Assembly: GCA_964291215.2 (NCBI GenBank)
Contig: OZ219791.1
Coordinates: 1,539,200 to 1,603,199, forward strand
Reading direction: 5' to 3'
Length of the DNA: 64,000 nucleotides
From: Alphaproteobacteria bacterium
Lineage (GTDB): Bacteria; Pseudomonadota; Alphaproteobacteria; MPNO01; UBA830
Shown here: one piece after another, positions 22,559 through 33,594 of the stretch
How the letters are laid out: the number at the start of each line of letters is the position of its first letter
Position numbering within the stretch: the first letter of the stretch is position 1
Made by a program: the position numbers and the translations under genes
Notes under the pieces: generated by a model
What the model saw: only the letters and a program-made list of their open reading frames with translations
Told to the model about the DNA's origin: nothing
Database searches by the model: none

Positions 22559-23632
22559 CTACATCAGCGCCGCATAGGCGCTGGCGGCCACGCGGTCGAG
22601 AACCGCTTCGACCCAGTCCCGGGAGATGCCTCGCACGATGAAGACCAGCGAGGTCGCCGGCACGGCATTCTCGGGCCACCGGTCGAGCCTCTGCCAGGGG
22701 TGCACGACATGCTGGACACCATGCACCACCACCGGCCGTGACGGGTCGTCAGCCACCGCGACCAGACCCTTGACCCGCAGAAGATCCTCTCCCTTCTGGT
22801 CGGCAAGCATCTGCAGGAACATGCCCAGAACCCCACGGCTAATCGGTTGGTCGCGCGAGATAATGAAGGTCGAGATCCCGTCGCCGTGATTTCCGTGGAT
22901 GGCATTCCAGGCGAGGAGATTGCCGGCAGCGGACTCGCCGCCCCTGACAGGAGTGGACGCGATTGCCAGTCCGCGCGACACCGGGCCGGAATCGGCCGAG
23001 AGAACGAGTCCGGCGTCGATGTCGCCGCGAACGCTGATTGCCTGTCGCGCGAGGGGATTGATGTGCCGGAGCCGCATGCGCAAGGCCTCACGGCCCGCCG
23101 CCTTCACGGCCATGTCCGTCTTGGTGATGGCCAACGTATCGGCCAGCGCAACCTGCTTGGCCGCTTCCGGCTGCCGGTCGAGCGTCTGCATCGCAGTCAC
23201 GGAATCGACGACGGTAACGACCCCCGCCAGACGATAATGGTCGAAGACTGACGGTTCCTGCATCAGGGTGTGAACGATCGGGGCGGGATCGGCGAGGCCG
23301 GTGGTCTCGAGCACCACCCTTGCAAACGGACGGATCCGGCCCTGTTCCCTGCGGATCCGCAGGTCGTTCAACGTTTCCACGAGATCGCCGCGAATCGTGC
23401 AGCAGATGCAGCCGCAGGAAAGGTCGATAATGGTCTCTCCGCTGGTCTCGACGAGGAGATGATCGAGCCCGACTTCACCAAATTCGTTGAGGATGACGGC
23501 CGTATCGGCGAAGGCCGCGTCACGAACGAGACGCGACAGGATGGTCGTCTTGCCGCTGCCGAGGAAGCCCGTGAGCACCGTGACCGGAACCGGTTTCCGT
23601 ACTGCGGGCACAATGGACATCATTTTCGGCAT
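22559..23632 (-). CDS. COG0523 (CobW/YjiA-like) metallochaperone GTPase
   Basis: P-loop GFLGSGKTT and the CxCC metal motif (CGCICCT). Confidence 0.88.
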   Translation of the reverse strand: MPKMMSIVPAVRKPVPVTVLTGFLGSGKTTILSRLVRDAAFADTAVILNEFGEVGLDHLLVETSGETIIDLSCGCICCTIRGDLVETLNDLRIRREQGRIRPFARVVLETTGLADPAPIVHTLMQEPSVFDHYRLAGVVTVVDSVTAMQTLDRQPEAAKQVALADTLAITKTDMAVKAAGREALRMRLRHINPLARQAISVRGDIDAGLVLSADSGPVSRGLAIASTPVRGGESAAGNLLAWNAIHGNHGDGISTFIISRDQPISRGVLGMFLQMLADQKGEDLLRVKGLVAVADDPSRPVVVHGVQHVVHPWQRLDRWPENAVPATSLVFIVRGISRDWVEAVLDRVAASAYAALM

Positions 23633-23996
23633 GATCCGAATGGCTTCCCTTCAGTCCGGCCGGCGCGTCGGGGCGATGCCAGTCCGGCGCAACGCGGGGA
23701 ACGGGACACGCAGGACCACGCCTCAGGCTCCCAGAATCTTCCATCCCGAAGCGACATGCAACATGCCCCTCCGGCTTCCGTTACATCGGAACACTGCGGC
23801 CCCGCCACCCGCCGGGGCGCCGGCAGCGCCGTCGGAAAGCCGCTGACGCCCGCCGGAGGGAAGGACCGGCGGTCGGAAACCGGTTCCCCGACCGCTTTTC
23901 GAGAGCAGGATTGCCGGGCAAACTGTGCCGTATCAGGCCGCATCGGGCTGTCGGCCCTTGCCGTCCGGCGAACCGCCAGCAATCGGAACACCAGCC

Positions 23997-24911
23997 ATGA
24001 GAGCTTACCTCTACAGGATTCTTGAAGGCGGACATGAGCCGACACCGGCCATCAGGGCTACGGAAATACTGCTGATAACGCTGATTTCCCTGAACGTGGT
24101 CGCGGCAATCATGGAGACCATCGCTCCCGTCCACGCCAGACTGGCCACATTCTTTGCCTGGTTCGAAGCCGGTTCGATCGCCATCTTCTCGATCGAATAT
24201 CTGGCTCGCGTCTGGGTGTGCGTGGAAGACCCGGATCTGAAGGGCCGCCGTCCCGCCCGCGCCCGCCTCCGCTACATGGCATCGCCCCTTGCGCTGATCG
24301 ATCTGATCGCGATCGCCCCGGCCTTCCTGAGCCTGTTCATCGCAGTCGATCTCCGATGGTTGCGGCTGTTCCGCCTGCTCCGGCTGTTCAAGCTCACACG
24401 CTACTGGTCGGCCCTGAATCTGCTTTACCGCGTTGTCCGGAGCGAGGCCGAGATCATCGGCGCCGCTGTCTTTCTCCTCTGCCTCGTCCTGGTTCTGGCG
24501 TCAGGGGGCATGTATGTCGTGGAGCGCCACGCGCAGCCGGAAGCCTTCGGCAGCATTCCGGCTGCCATGTGGTGGACGGTCGCCACACTGACCACCGTCG
24601 GTTACGGCGACGTCGTTCCGATCACGGTCTGGGGCAAGGTGCTCGGCGCGTTCATCTCACTGGTCGGCATCGGAATAGCTGCTTTCCCGGCGGGCATTCT
24701 GGCGGCCGGGTTCATCGAAGAGATCCGTCGCGGACGCGAGGACCGGAACCAAACAGGCGCGGATCACGCCGTGGCGAACGGTACCGGGACACCGCACCGG
24801 ACAGACGACGGGGCACATCCCGCCGTCCCGCCCGCCCGCGCCGCGGACGCCGGGCACGACGGCGGGATCCCGCGTTGCCCCCATTGCGGCAACCTGCTGC
24901 CGGAACGTTAG
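23997..24911 (+). CDS. voltage-gated-type potassium channel
   Basis: TVGYGD selectivity filter and an S4-like RWLRLFRLLRLFKLTRY segment. Start set at MRAYLYRILEG. Confidence 0.85.
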   Translation: MRAYLYRILEGGHEPTPAIRATEILLITLISLNVVAAIMETIAPVHARLATFFAWFEAGSIAIFSIEYLARVWVCVEDPDLKGRRPARARLRYMASPLALIDLIAIAPAFLSLFIAVDLRWLRLFRLLRLFKLTRYWSALNLLYRVVRSEAEIIGAAVFLLCLVLVLASGGMYVVERHAQPEAFGSIPAAMWWTVATLTTVGYGDVVPITVWGKVLGAFISLVGIGIAAFPAGILAAGFIEEIRRGREDRNQTGADHAVANGTGTPHRTDDGAHPAVPPARAADAGHDGGIPRCPHCGNLLPER

Positions 24912-25010
24912 AATTCGAGTGCCGGACGGCGCGACGTGACGAAAGCGGCGGGGCGGCAAAACAGGGCGGACAACGTCTCGACCCGGACAATCGGAACGCA
25001 GGAACCGGGT

Positions 25011-26612
25011 TCAGCCGCCCAGTGCACGGCCATTCAGCATGCGTCCGGGCATTGCTCCTGTATGCTCTCCTTGATCGAGAACGCCGCGGCCGTTCACGAA
25101 CACATGATTGACGCCGACCGCTGGACAGTGCGGCTCCTGGTAGGTCGCAACCTCTCTGATAGCTTCCGGATCGAACACGGCCACATCGGCAGCTGCACCC
25201 GGACGCAGCACGCCGCGGTCAGCCAGACCGAGCACGGCCGCCGAGGCTCCGGTCATCTTGTGTATCGCGGTCTCGATCGGCACGAGCCCTTCCTCGCGCA
25301 CATACCGTCCGAGTATCCGCGGAAACGTGCCGTAGAACCGCGGGTGCGGTTTGCCCTGTCCCGTAATGCCGTAGGGTGCAACCGAATTGCCATCGGACCC
25401 CACCATCACCCTGGGCGAGCGGATCAGTGTCCTGACATCGTCCTCGGAAATCGACGTCACCAGAACCCGTGTCTGGCCGCGATCGGCGACGATATAGTCG
25501 AGAGCGGCATCCAGCGGATCCACGCCGCGCGCGGCGGCAATCCCGGCCACCGTCATCCCGGCGAACTGCGGCTGATCGGGGGAGATCGAGATGCGGACGG
25601 CATCCCATGATGGTATCCGCCCAAAATTGTTGAGCCCGGCGCGGGCGGTCTCTTCCCTCAACCGGGCGCGCATGTCGGGGTTGCTCAGGCGCGCCAACAT
25701 GGTGTCGATGCCGCCCTCCTGGAGCCAGCTCGGGAATAGATTGCGCAAAGGATTGCTGGCGGCCGTATAGGGGTACTGGTCGCAATCGATGGCGGCGCCC
25801 TCGCACCGCGCCCGCTCCAGCCGGTCGAGCAGCCGCTCGGCGCCGCCCCAGTTGTCCATGCCCGACAGCTTGATGTGCACGATCTGGACATGCACCCCGG
25901 TCTGGTGCGCGAACTCTATCGCTTCCTCGACGGCGTCGAAGAGCGAATCCGACTCGTCGCGGAGATGCGTGAAATACCGCGCGCCGTGCGCCCTGAGGAC
26001 ACGCCCGAGCGCCACCATCTCCTCAGTCGCGGCATAGGATCCGGGCGCCGTGAAGAGCCCCGACGACAACCCGGCAGCTCCGGCGTCGAGCGCTTCCTCA
26101 AGGAGGCCGATCATCTGCGAAAGCTCGGCGGGTTCCGGCGGGCGATCCTCCATGCCCATGGTCATCAGCCTGAGCGTATTGTGCCCGACCAGCATCACCA
26201 GGTTCACCGATGTTGAGGGGTAGTCCTCCACATATCCGGCGAAGCTCGTTTCCGTGAACTCCAGCCATGGCGCGCTCGGGCTCAGATACTGCGACAGCAT
26301 CTCAACCCTGTCAGGCAACGCCGGCGCACAGGAATAGCCGCAATGGCCGATGACTTCGGTAGTGACCCCCTGGCGGATCTTGCTTTCGGCAAGGGGCATC
26401 AGTGGCAGCGTCCAGTCGGAATGCGTCTTGATGTCGATGAACCCGGGCGCGACGACCTGGTTCCCGGCGTCGACCACCCGCGCTCCGCCAGCCGTTATCT
26501 CGCCGTCGACGGCGGCGATCCGGCCGTCCCGGATGGCGACATCGGCTCGGATGCCGAGGCTGCCGGTGCCGTCGATCACCGTTCCGCCGCGAATGACGAT
26601 ATCGCCGGTCAT
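25011..26612 (-). CDS. D-aminoacylase-like amidohydrolase (N-acyl-D-amino-acid deacylase family)
   Basis: MTGDIVIRGGTVIDGTG...APGFIDIKTHSD. Start ATG 26612 is preceded by GAGGAG. The position of the family HxH metal motif reads KTH. Confidence 0.8.
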   Translation of the reverse strand: MTGDIVIRGGTVIDGTGSLGIRADVAIRDGRIAAVDGEITAGGARVVDAGNQVVAPGFIDIKTHSDWTLPLMPLAESKIRQGVTTEVIGHCGYSCAPALPDRVEMLSQYLSPSAPWLEFTETSFAGYVEDYPSTSVNLVMLVGHNTLRLMTMGMEDRPPEPAELSQMIGLLEEALDAGAAGLSSGLFTAPGSYAATEEMVALGRVLRAHGARYFTHLRDESDSLFDAVEEAIEFAHQTGVHVQIVHIKLSGMDNWGGAERLLDRLERARCEGAAIDCDQYPYTAASNPLRNLFPSWLQEGGIDTMLARLSNPDMRARLREETARAGLNNFGRIPSWDAVRISISPDQPQFAGMTVAGIAAARGVDPLDAALDYIVADRGQTRVLVTSISEDDVRTLIRSPRVMVGSDGNSVAPYGITGQGKPHPRFYGTFPRILGRYVREEGLVPIETAIHKMTGASAAVLGLADRGVLRPGAAADVAVFDPEAIREVATYQEPHCPAVGVNHVFVNGRGVLDQGEHTGAMPGRMLNGRALGG

Positions 26613-26647
26613 TGTCTCCTCACGTCCCGTTCGCATCCCGCCGCCCG

Positions 26648-27721
26648 TCAGCCCCGAAGGGCGCGGCCGGCATTTCCGCGCACCATCGGCACGACTTCCT
26701 CGGTGAAGCGCCGGATCGTCGCCGCCGCCTGCTCGTGCCTGATTCCGGCGAAGCGCGGCAACACCGAGATTTCGGTAAATCCGAGCTTGAGATAGCGGCT
26801 CACCCGCTCGGCCGCCTGCTCGGGCGTGCAGATGAGGGTACGGCGCCGGAACACGTCGCGCCAGTCGTCGCCCTCGCACATGGCCATGATCACCGAAACG
26901 TCGGCCTCGTAGTCGCGATCCCACTGCCTGCCCTCGAGAACCTTCAGGAACGCGCCGGCGTGTTCCTGGAGCGCGGCCCTTGTCTCGTTCATCGCCTGCT
27001 CCTCGGTATCGGCGAGATGGGTCATCAGCGCGACCATCGCCTTGCGATCAGCCGTCCTCCGACCCGATCTTTCCCAAGTTTCGCAATAGAGCGCGAACCG
27101 CGTCTCCAGGTCCTCGAAACTCATGGGATACTGGTTCATCATCAGGTGGTAGCCGCGCTCGGCCGCGGTGACGAAACTCTCCGGCGAGCGTGATGCGGCA
27201 TTCCATACCGGCAGCGAACCGTTGACCGTGACCGGCCAAGGCTCGATCCGGCCGAACGAGAAATACCTGCCGTCATGGGCGAACGGCTCGCCCTTCCAGA
27301 ACTGGGTGCAGATCTCGATGCCCTCGGCAATGCGGGCCGTGGCCTCTGCCGCCTCGACCCCGAAAGCCGCAAATTCGTGCGGGACAAAACCGCGCCCGAT
27401 GCCCATGTCGCAGCGTCCGCCGGAGAGCTGGTCCGCAAGCGCAAACTCCTCGGCGACCGTGAGCGGATTCCTCAGCTGCATCAGCGACACCGCGGCGCCG
27501 ACGCGGATGTTCCCGGTCTCGCGCGCCCACGCAGTCAACATCTGTGCCGGGTTGGGCACGGCACCGCCGTAATAGTGGAAATGGTGTTCGGTCGTCAGCG
27601 CCCGCGTCCAGCCAAGACGGTCGGCAAGGCGCACGGAATCGATGAGTTCCTCGTAATATCCGGTCAGCGTCACGCCGTAACCGGCGCGCCAGGTGGGAAA
27701 GCAGAAGAGCGACAAGTCCAT
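26648..27721 (-). CDS. LLM-class flavin-dependent oxidoreductase
   Basis: 357 aa with a luciferase-like TIM-barrel pattern (LTTEHHFHYYGG..., GRCDMGIGRGF). Confidence 0.85.
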   Translation of the reverse strand: MDLSLFCFPTWRAGYGVTLTGYYEELIDSVRLADRLGWTRALTTEHHFHYYGGAVPNPAQMLTAWARETGNIRVGAAVSLMQLRNPLTVAEEFALADQLSGGRCDMGIGRGFVPHEFAAFGVEAAEATARIAEGIEICTQFWKGEPFAHDGRYFSFGRIEPWPVTVNGSLPVWNAASRSPESFVTAAERGYHLMMNQYPMSFEDLETRFALYCETWERSGRRTADRKAMVALMTHLADTEEQAMNETRAALQEHAGAFLKVLEGRQWDRDYEADVSVIMAMCEGDDWRDVFRRRTLICTPEQAAERVSRYLKLGFTEISVLPRFAGIRHEQAAATIRRFTEEVVPMVRGNAGRALRG

Positions 27722-27764
27722 GCGTCTTTCCCTGCCGGTCTGTCGTCGGCCCGGCCGCCGCCGG

Positions 27765-29360
27765 TCACGCCGCCGGCGGCACCCGGCGGCCAGCCAGCTT
27801 CTCGCCGGTTTCGAAGTACCGCCCAGTCACCGCGAGGACGGCCTCCTCGACATTCTCGTCCGTCCACGCCGTCAACGAATAGCCATGCCACGGCGTAGCA
27901 AGGTCGAGCTCGGGCAGCCCGAGGGCCTCCCAGCGCTTCCGCGCCGCCAGCATGAAATCCTCGCGCGGCAGGGAGACCGGCGGATAGGGGTGTTCGCGCA
28001 CCGCATTAATCAGCATGGCCGACGCGCCCTGGCCGTCGGGATAGGCGTACTGGCCGGCATGGTTGGAGGGGGTGATCGAGGGGTCGAGCCGGGGGACCTT
28101 GCCGCGGATGATCTCAACGTCGCGATGGGGCTGGAGGCTGTAGCTCAACGCCCAGAGCACGGAATCGAGGGATTCGGGATCTATGTCGGAGTCGACGGCG
28201 ACAAAGATCTTGCCAAGAGAGGCGTCGTAGGCGGCCGCCGCGCGCAGCGCCTGCCAGGGCTGGCCAAGTTCCGGCCGGTCGAGCTGGATAACGAACATCA
28301 TGTTGCAGCTCGCGAGTTCGTGGCACGCGACCCTGGTCACCGAGGGGATGTTGCATGCATCCCTGAGGTGGCGCAGATAGATGGCGTCAAAGGCAGCCTT
28401 TCGCATCACCGTGCTCTCGCTCGGCGGAAATTCGCTGATGATGCCCTGATACAAGGGCGAGGCGCGGTGGGTGATCGCGGTCACCTCGAAGAACTTCTCC
28501 ATCTTGCGCGGCCCGAGATACCCGCTGGCCTCGCCGAACGGCGCTTCGGGCTCGAGCATATCGGTGCGGATTACGCCCTCCATGACGATCTCGGCCTCGG
28601 CCGGCACCATGCAGTCGAACGTCTCGGCGCGAACGACCGCAACGGGCGCACCGTTGAGTGCACCGGCCAGCCCGTATTCCTCAACGCCATAGGGCGCCTT
28701 GCTCGCCGCGGCCATGATCAGCGCCGGCGGGCCGCCGACGAACACCGCCGCATCGAGCGGACGACCCATGGCTCGCGCCTTCTCCCAGTGGATGGCGAGA
28801 TGCTGGGTCGAGACATCGGTCGCGCAGCCGATGCGGTCCGGTGCCTTCACCATCCCCCTGTAGATGCCGAGATTGTAGCTTCGGTCCTCGGGGTCGCGGG
28901 TTATCCAGACCGCACCGGTGAGGAACGGCGCCGGATCAAAGCCGGGCGTCGAGACAAGGTGCGGAAATATGTCGATCCCCGCGCCGAAGCTGTCGCCGGC
29001 CAGGACGACCTCCTTGACCGCCGCTTCGGCGCGGGGCACCTCTTCGGGCGGCAGATGGTTGCCGTGGGCAGCGGCCCACTTCCCGCCGATACCGTCGGGC
29101 CCGGTTCCGAGCGCGGCGCCGTAGATCGCCCGCGATGCGCCGAGCGAGCCGATGGCGACCGAGGCATCGAAATCGCGGCCTCTGGAATCGGTGACGTTGG
29201 TGAACAGGAAGGCCTTGCGCTGCGCCTCCGGAAGGCCCCTGAACTGCAGGCGAACCAGCGGGACCAGCTCCGTGTCCTTGCAGATCCGGCTGTCGATCAC
29301 CTGCAGCAGGCCGCGATCGCGCAGCGTGTCGAGATAGTCCCGCAGATTGCGGTAGGCCAT
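27765..29360 (-). CDS. UbiD-family (prFMN-dependent) decarboxylase
   Basis: 531 aa with an N-terminus typical of UbiD-family enzymes (MAYRNLRDYLDTLRDRGLLQVID). Confidence 0.88.
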   Translation of the reverse strand: MAYRNLRDYLDTLRDRGLLQVIDSRICKDTELVPLVRLQFRGLPEAQRKAFLFTNVTDSRGRDFDASVAIGSLGASRAIYGAALGTGPDGIGGKWAAAHGNHLPPEEVPRAEAAVKEVVLAGDSFGAGIDIFPHLVSTPGFDPAPFLTGAVWITRDPEDRSYNLGIYRGMVKAPDRIGCATDVSTQHLAIHWEKARAMGRPLDAAVFVGGPPALIMAAASKAPYGVEEYGLAGALNGAPVAVVRAETFDCMVPAEAEIVMEGVIRTDMLEPEAPFGEASGYLGPRKMEKFFEVTAITHRASPLYQGIISEFPPSESTVMRKAAFDAIYLRHLRDACNIPSVTRVACHELASCNMMFVIQLDRPELGQPWQALRAAAAYDASLGKIFVAVDSDIDPESLDSVLWALSYSLQPHRDVEIIRGKVPRLDPSITPSNHAGQYAYPDGQGASAMLINAVREHPYPPVSLPREDFMLAARKRWEALGLPELDLATPWHGYSLTAWTDENVEEAVLAVTGRYFETGEKLAGRRVPPAA

Positions 29361-29367
29361 AGCGGTG

Positions 29368-30378
29368 TCAGGCCCGAAGGCGGGGATAGACGCGCCGCGC
29401 GTTATCCTCGAAGACCTGCCTGCGTCCGTCGTCGTCGAGATTGGGCGTGGCTTCGATATAGCGCCGGGTGTGATCGTAGTGAAAGCCGGTCTCCGGATCG
29501 ATACCGCGCACGGCGCCGACCATCTCGGAGGCGAACAGGATGTTCCGGGTCGGGATTACCCGGGTGAGCAGGTCTATGCCGGGCTGATGGTAGACGCAAG
29601 TGTCGAAATAGACGTTCTCAAGCAGCAGCACGTCGAGCGGCGGCCGCCCCATGTCCTGTGCCAGGCCGCGGTACCGTCCCCAGTGGAACGGTACGGCGCC
29701 GCCGCCATGAGGGATGACGAAGCGGAGCGTCGGAAAGTCCGTGAACAGGTCCGACATCAGGAACTGCATGAAGACCGTCGTGTCGCCGCACAGATAATGG
29801 GAGCCGGTATGGTGGAAGTTCGGGTTGCAGGATCCGCTGACGTGGATCATCGCCGGCACGTCGAGCTCGACGAGCTTCTCGTACAGCGGATACCACCAGC
29901 GGTCGGTCATCGGCGGATCGGTCCACATGGCACCCGAGGGGTCCGGATTGAGGTTGCAGCCGATGAAGCCCATCTCGTTGACGCAGCGCTCAAGCTCGGG
30001 GATGGATTTCACGGGCTCGACGCCGGGATATTGCGGCAGCTGGCACACCGGCACGAAGTTCTCCGGATAGAGGTTGCAGACCCTGCGCACCATGTCATTG
30101 CATATCCGGGCCCAGTAATAGGCTGTCTGCTCAGTGCCGAGATGATGGCCCATGCCCACGGCGCGCGGTGAGAAGATGGTCATGTCGATGCCGCGCTCGC
30201 GCATGAAACTGAGCTGTGCGGGCTCCAGCCTCTCGCGGATCTGGTCGTCGGTGATCTCGAAATCCGCCGGCGACGGAACGTAGGACGGATCGCTCTGAAG
30301 CGCCGCGAGCTGCTCCGACCGGTAACCGACCAGCGCTTCCGGCTCGGTCGTGTAGTGCCCGTGGCAGTCTATGATCAT
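29368..30378 (-). CDS. amidohydrolase-2 family hydratase/decarboxylase (LigJ/ACMSD-like)
   Basis: MIIDCHGHYTTEP N-terminus (HxH metal motif), 336 aa. Resembles 4-oxalomesaconate hydratase-type proteins as I recall them. Confidence 0.8.
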   Translation of the reverse strand: MIIDCHGHYTTEPEALVGYRSEQLAALQSDPSYVPSPADFEITDDQIRERLEPAQLSFMRERGIDMTIFSPRAVGMGHHLGTEQTAYYWARICNDMVRRVCNLYPENFVPVCQLPQYPGVEPVKSIPELERCVNEMGFIGCNLNPDPSGAMWTDPPMTDRWWYPLYEKLVELDVPAMIHVSGSCNPNFHHTGSHYLCGDTTVFMQFLMSDLFTDFPTLRFVIPHGGGAVPFHWGRYRGLAQDMGRPPLDVLLLENVYFDTCVYHQPGIDLLTRVIPTRNILFASEMVGAVRGIDPETGFHYDHTRRYIEATPNLDDDGRRQVFEDNARRVYPRLRA

Positions 30379-30436
30379 GGAGCCGCACTCCCTTCTTCGC
30401 CCGAGCCCGACGCACCGTCCGGCGCGGCGCCGGACG

Positions 30437-31828
30437 CTATTTCTTCAGGGTTCTCAGTACCTCGTCAATGCTGTCCTTGGCATCCCCGAACAGCATGAGG
30501 GTGTTCTCCTTGTGGAACAGCGGATTGTCGACGCCGGCGTAGCCGGTCGCCATCGAGCGTTTGAGCACGACGGCGGTCTGCGCCTTCCACACCTCCAGCA
30601 CCGGCATCCCGGCGATCGGGCTTTCCGGATCCTCCTGGGCGCCCGGGTTGACGATGTCGTTCGCGCCGATCACCAGCGCGACATCGGTATCCGGAAAATC
30701 GTCATTGAGATCGTCCATCTCGAAGACGATGTCGTAGGGCACCTTGGACTCGGCAAGGAGCACGTTCATATGCCCCGGCAGGCGGCCGGCAACCGGGTGA
30801 ATCCCGAAGCGGACATTGACGCCGGCGGCGCGGAGAAAGCTCGTGACCTCGCTGACGGCCTGCTGCGCCTGGGCTACCGCCATGCCGTAGCCCGGCACGA
30901 TGATGACGTTCCGTGCATCGAGCAGCATCGCCGCCGTCTCCTCGACCGTCGTCGCAACGACCTTGCCCTCGGCGGCAGCAGCCGCAGTGCCGCCCGCAAC
31001 CCCGAACCCGCCGAGGATCACCCCGAGGAAATGGCGGTTCATGGCGCGGCACATGATGTAGCTGAGGATCGCCCCGCTCGAGCCCACGAGCGCGCCGACC
31101 ACGATCAGGAGATCGTTCGAGAGCATGAATCCCGTCGCCGCCGCGGCCCATCCCGAGTAGCTGTTCAACATCGAGACGACCACCGGCATGTCGGCACCGC
31201 CGATCGCCATGACAAGATGCGCCCCGATCGTGAACGCGATCGCCGTCATGGCGAGGAGCGGGATCACCCCGGCCCCGTGATCGGCCGCGCCGAGAAACTC
31301 GTATCCGAGCCAGAGGCACACGGCGATGCCGACAAGGTTGAGGGCATGGCGCGCCGGCAGCAGCAGCGGCCGCCCGGAGATGCTGCCCTGGAGCTTGCCG
31401 AAGGCGATGACCGAGCCGGTAAAGGTGATCGCGCCGATGAAGACGCCGAGGAAGATCTCGATCTCATGAATTGTCTTCTCGACATCGACGAAGGCGGCCC
31501 GCGGATCGACATAGCTTGCTATGCCGACGAGGACCGCGGCGAGGCCCACGAAGCTGTGCAGGATCGCGACCAGCTGCGGCATCTGCGTCATGGCGACGCG
31601 CGACGCCACCAGTATTCCGATCGCCGCACCGATCACGACCGCCGCGACCAGGACCGTGTAGTCGTCGATGTTGACCGCAAAGACGGTCGCGGCAACCGCG
31701 ATCGCCATTCCGACGATGCCGTAGACGTTCCCTCGCCTCGCCGTCTCCTGGTGGCTGAGACCGCCGAGGCTGAGAATAAACAGTATGCTCGCGCCGATAT
31801 AGGCGACGGTGACGAGTCCGGCGGTCAT
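30437..31828 (-). CDS. pntB: NAD(P) transhydrogenase subunit beta
   Basis: 463 aa: a membrane domain plus a C-terminal NADP(H)-binding dIII ([15 protein letters not shown]...). Confidence 0.95.
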   Translation of the reverse strand: MTAGLVTVAYIGASILFILSLGGLSHQETARRGNVYGIVGMAIAVAATVFAVNIDDYTVLVAAVVIGAAIGILVASRVAMTQMPQLVAILHSFVGLAAVLVGIASYVDPRAAFVDVEKTIHEIEIFLGVFIGAITFTGSVIAFGKLQGSISGRPLLLPARHALNLVGIAVCLWLGYEFLGAADHGAGVIPLLAMTAIAFTIGAHLVMAIGGADMPVVVSMLNSYSGWAAAATGFMLSNDLLIVVGALVGSSGAILSYIMCRAMNRHFLGVILGGFGVAGGTAAAAAEGKVVATTVEETAAMLLDARNVIIVPGYGMAVAQAQQAVSEVTSFLRAAGVNVRFGIHPVAGRLPGHMNVLLAESKVPYDIVFEMDDLNDDFPDTDVALVIGANDIVNPGAQEDPESPIAGMPVLEVWKAQTAVVLKRSMATGYAGVDNPLFHKENTLMLFGDAKDSIDEVLRTLKK

Positions 31829-31838
31829 GTCAGCCCTT

Positions 31839-33398
31839 TCAGCTCCTGCGGAACATGCGAAGCATGCGCTGGGTCACCAGGAAGCCGCCGGCAATGTTGA
31901 TGGTAGCGATCAGCACTGCGATGGCAGCGAGGACGACAACCAGCCCCGACGGATTCGAGATCTGCAGGAGTGCGCCGATGACGATGATTCCGCTGATCGC
32001 GTTGGTCACGCTCATAAGAGGCGTGTGAAGCGCCGGCGTCACGTTCCATATGACCTGCCAGCCGACGAAGCAGGCCAGCACGAACACGGTCAGGTGGCCC
32101 ATGAAGCTCGGCGGCGCGACAATGCCGAGGCCGAGCAGCGCAAGCCCGCCCGCGACGAGCACCGCGGCCGAACGGTAACCGGGACGGCGCGGGGCGGCGG
32201 GCTCCTTCGGCGACGGCGTGGCCGCGGCGGGCTCTGGAGGAGCGGACGGCGGCGCCTGGGGCGGTGGCGGCGGCGACACGACTTCGCCCGCCTTCACGAG
32301 GGTGACGTGCCGGGTCACCTCGTCTTCCATGTCGAGAACCACGGCACCGTCGCCGGAGGGGGCGAGTTCGGACAGCAGATGGAACAGGTTCATGCCATAG
32401 AGTTGGCTCGCCTGGTTCGCCATACGGCTCGGAAGATCGGTGTAACCGATCACGGTAACTCCGTGTTCGACCACCTGCCGGTCGGGTTCGGTAAGTTCGC
32501 AGTTCCCGCCCTGCTCGGCCGCGAGGTCGACGACGACGGAGCCCGGGTGCATGGTTTCGACCATCTCGGAGGTGATGAGCACGGGCGCCTTCTGGCCAGG
32601 AATAAGCGCGGTGGTAATGATGATGTCGACCTTCTTCGCCTGTGCCGCGAACAGCGCCATCTCGGCCTTGATGAAGGCCTCGCTCATCACCTTGGCGTAG
32701 CCGCCGGCCCCCGCGCCCTCCTCCTCGATCTCGACCTCGAGAAACTCGGCGCCCATGCTCTCGATCTGCTGGCGAACCTCGGACCGGGTGTCGAAGGCGC
32801 GCACCACCGCACCCATCGAGCGCGCCGCCCCGATGGCGGCAAGCCCGGCAACGCCAGCCCCGATCACGAGCACGCGCGCCGGCGGCACCTTGCCGGCGGC
32901 GGTGATCTGACCGGTGAAGAAGCGCCCGAAGCTGTTCGCCGCCTCGAGAACCGCACGATAGCCCGCAATATTGGCCATCGACGACAGAGCATCGAGTTTC
33001 TGGGCCCGGGAGATACGGGGCACCGCGTCCATGGCGATCACCGTCGCCTGCCGCTCCTTCAGCCGTGCGATCACCTCGCCATGCTGCGTCGGAAAGATCA
33101 AGCCGATCAGGGTCGCGCCCGTCGGCAGGAGATCGGCCTCGTGCTCGCCCAGATCGGAATGCATCTCGGGCGGGCGCACCTTGAGAATGATGTCGGATCC
33201 GGCCCACAGCGCTCTCGTGTCCTCGACCACCGCGACGCCGGCAGCGCGATAGGCGTTGTCATCGAACCCCGCCGCGGCCCCCGCCCCCCGTTCGATACAG
33301 AGATCGAATCCCAGCTTGCCGATGCGTGCGGCGGTATCGGGTGTAAGCGCGACCCGTCTTTCCCCAGCATGAATTTCTCTGGGAACGCCAATTTTCAT
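31839..33398 (-). CDS. pntA: NAD(P) transhydrogenase subunit alpha (fused dI + membrane part)
   Basis: 519 aa: an alanine-dehydrogenase-like dI ([17 protein letters not shown]) followed by a C-terminal TM bundle. Confidence 0.95.
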   Translation of the reverse strand: MKIGVPREIHAGERRVALTPDTAARIGKLGFDLCIERGAGAAAGFDDNAYRAAGVAVVEDTRALWAGSDIILKVRPPEMHSDLGEHEADLLPTGATLIGLIFPTQHGEVIARLKERQATVIAMDAVPRISRAQKLDALSSMANIAGYRAVLEAANSFGRFFTGQITAAGKVPPARVLVIGAGVAGLAAIGAARSMGAVVRAFDTRSEVRQQIESMGAEFLEVEIEEEGAGAGGYAKVMSEAFIKAEMALFAAQAKKVDIIITTALIPGQKAPVLITSEMVETMHPGSVVVDLAAEQGGNCELTEPDRQVVEHGVTVIGYTDLPSRMANQASQLYGMNLFHLLSELAPSGDGAVVLDMEDEVTRHVTLVKAGEVVSPPPPPQAPPSAPPEPAAATPSPKEPAAPRRPGYRSAAVLVAGGLALLGLGIVAPPSFMGHLTVFVLACFVGWQVIWNVTPALHTPLMSVTNAISGIIVIGALLQISNPSGLVVVLAAIAVLIATINIAGGFLVTQRMLRMFRRS

Positions 33399-33594
33399 CT
33401 GCGGAATTTCCCCGGAAGGACTCTGGCCATGTCCACGTTTCGGACTGACGATGTCCGGCAGGGTTCACCGAAATCGCGGCCAGATGAAAGTCCAAACTAA
33501 CCTATTGGCTTGCGGGATTCGATACAAGGTGAAGTGAGTCGGAAAATGCCGCCTTCGCCATAATCGACGCCCGCCACAGGGCTCTCGTCGATGC

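Noticed and set aside
23633-23996. Zur-type operator upstream of the COG0523 gene.
   Set aside because: I looked for an AT-rich palindrome in the divergent promoter region and found none convincing, only short direct repeats such as CATGCAACATGC.
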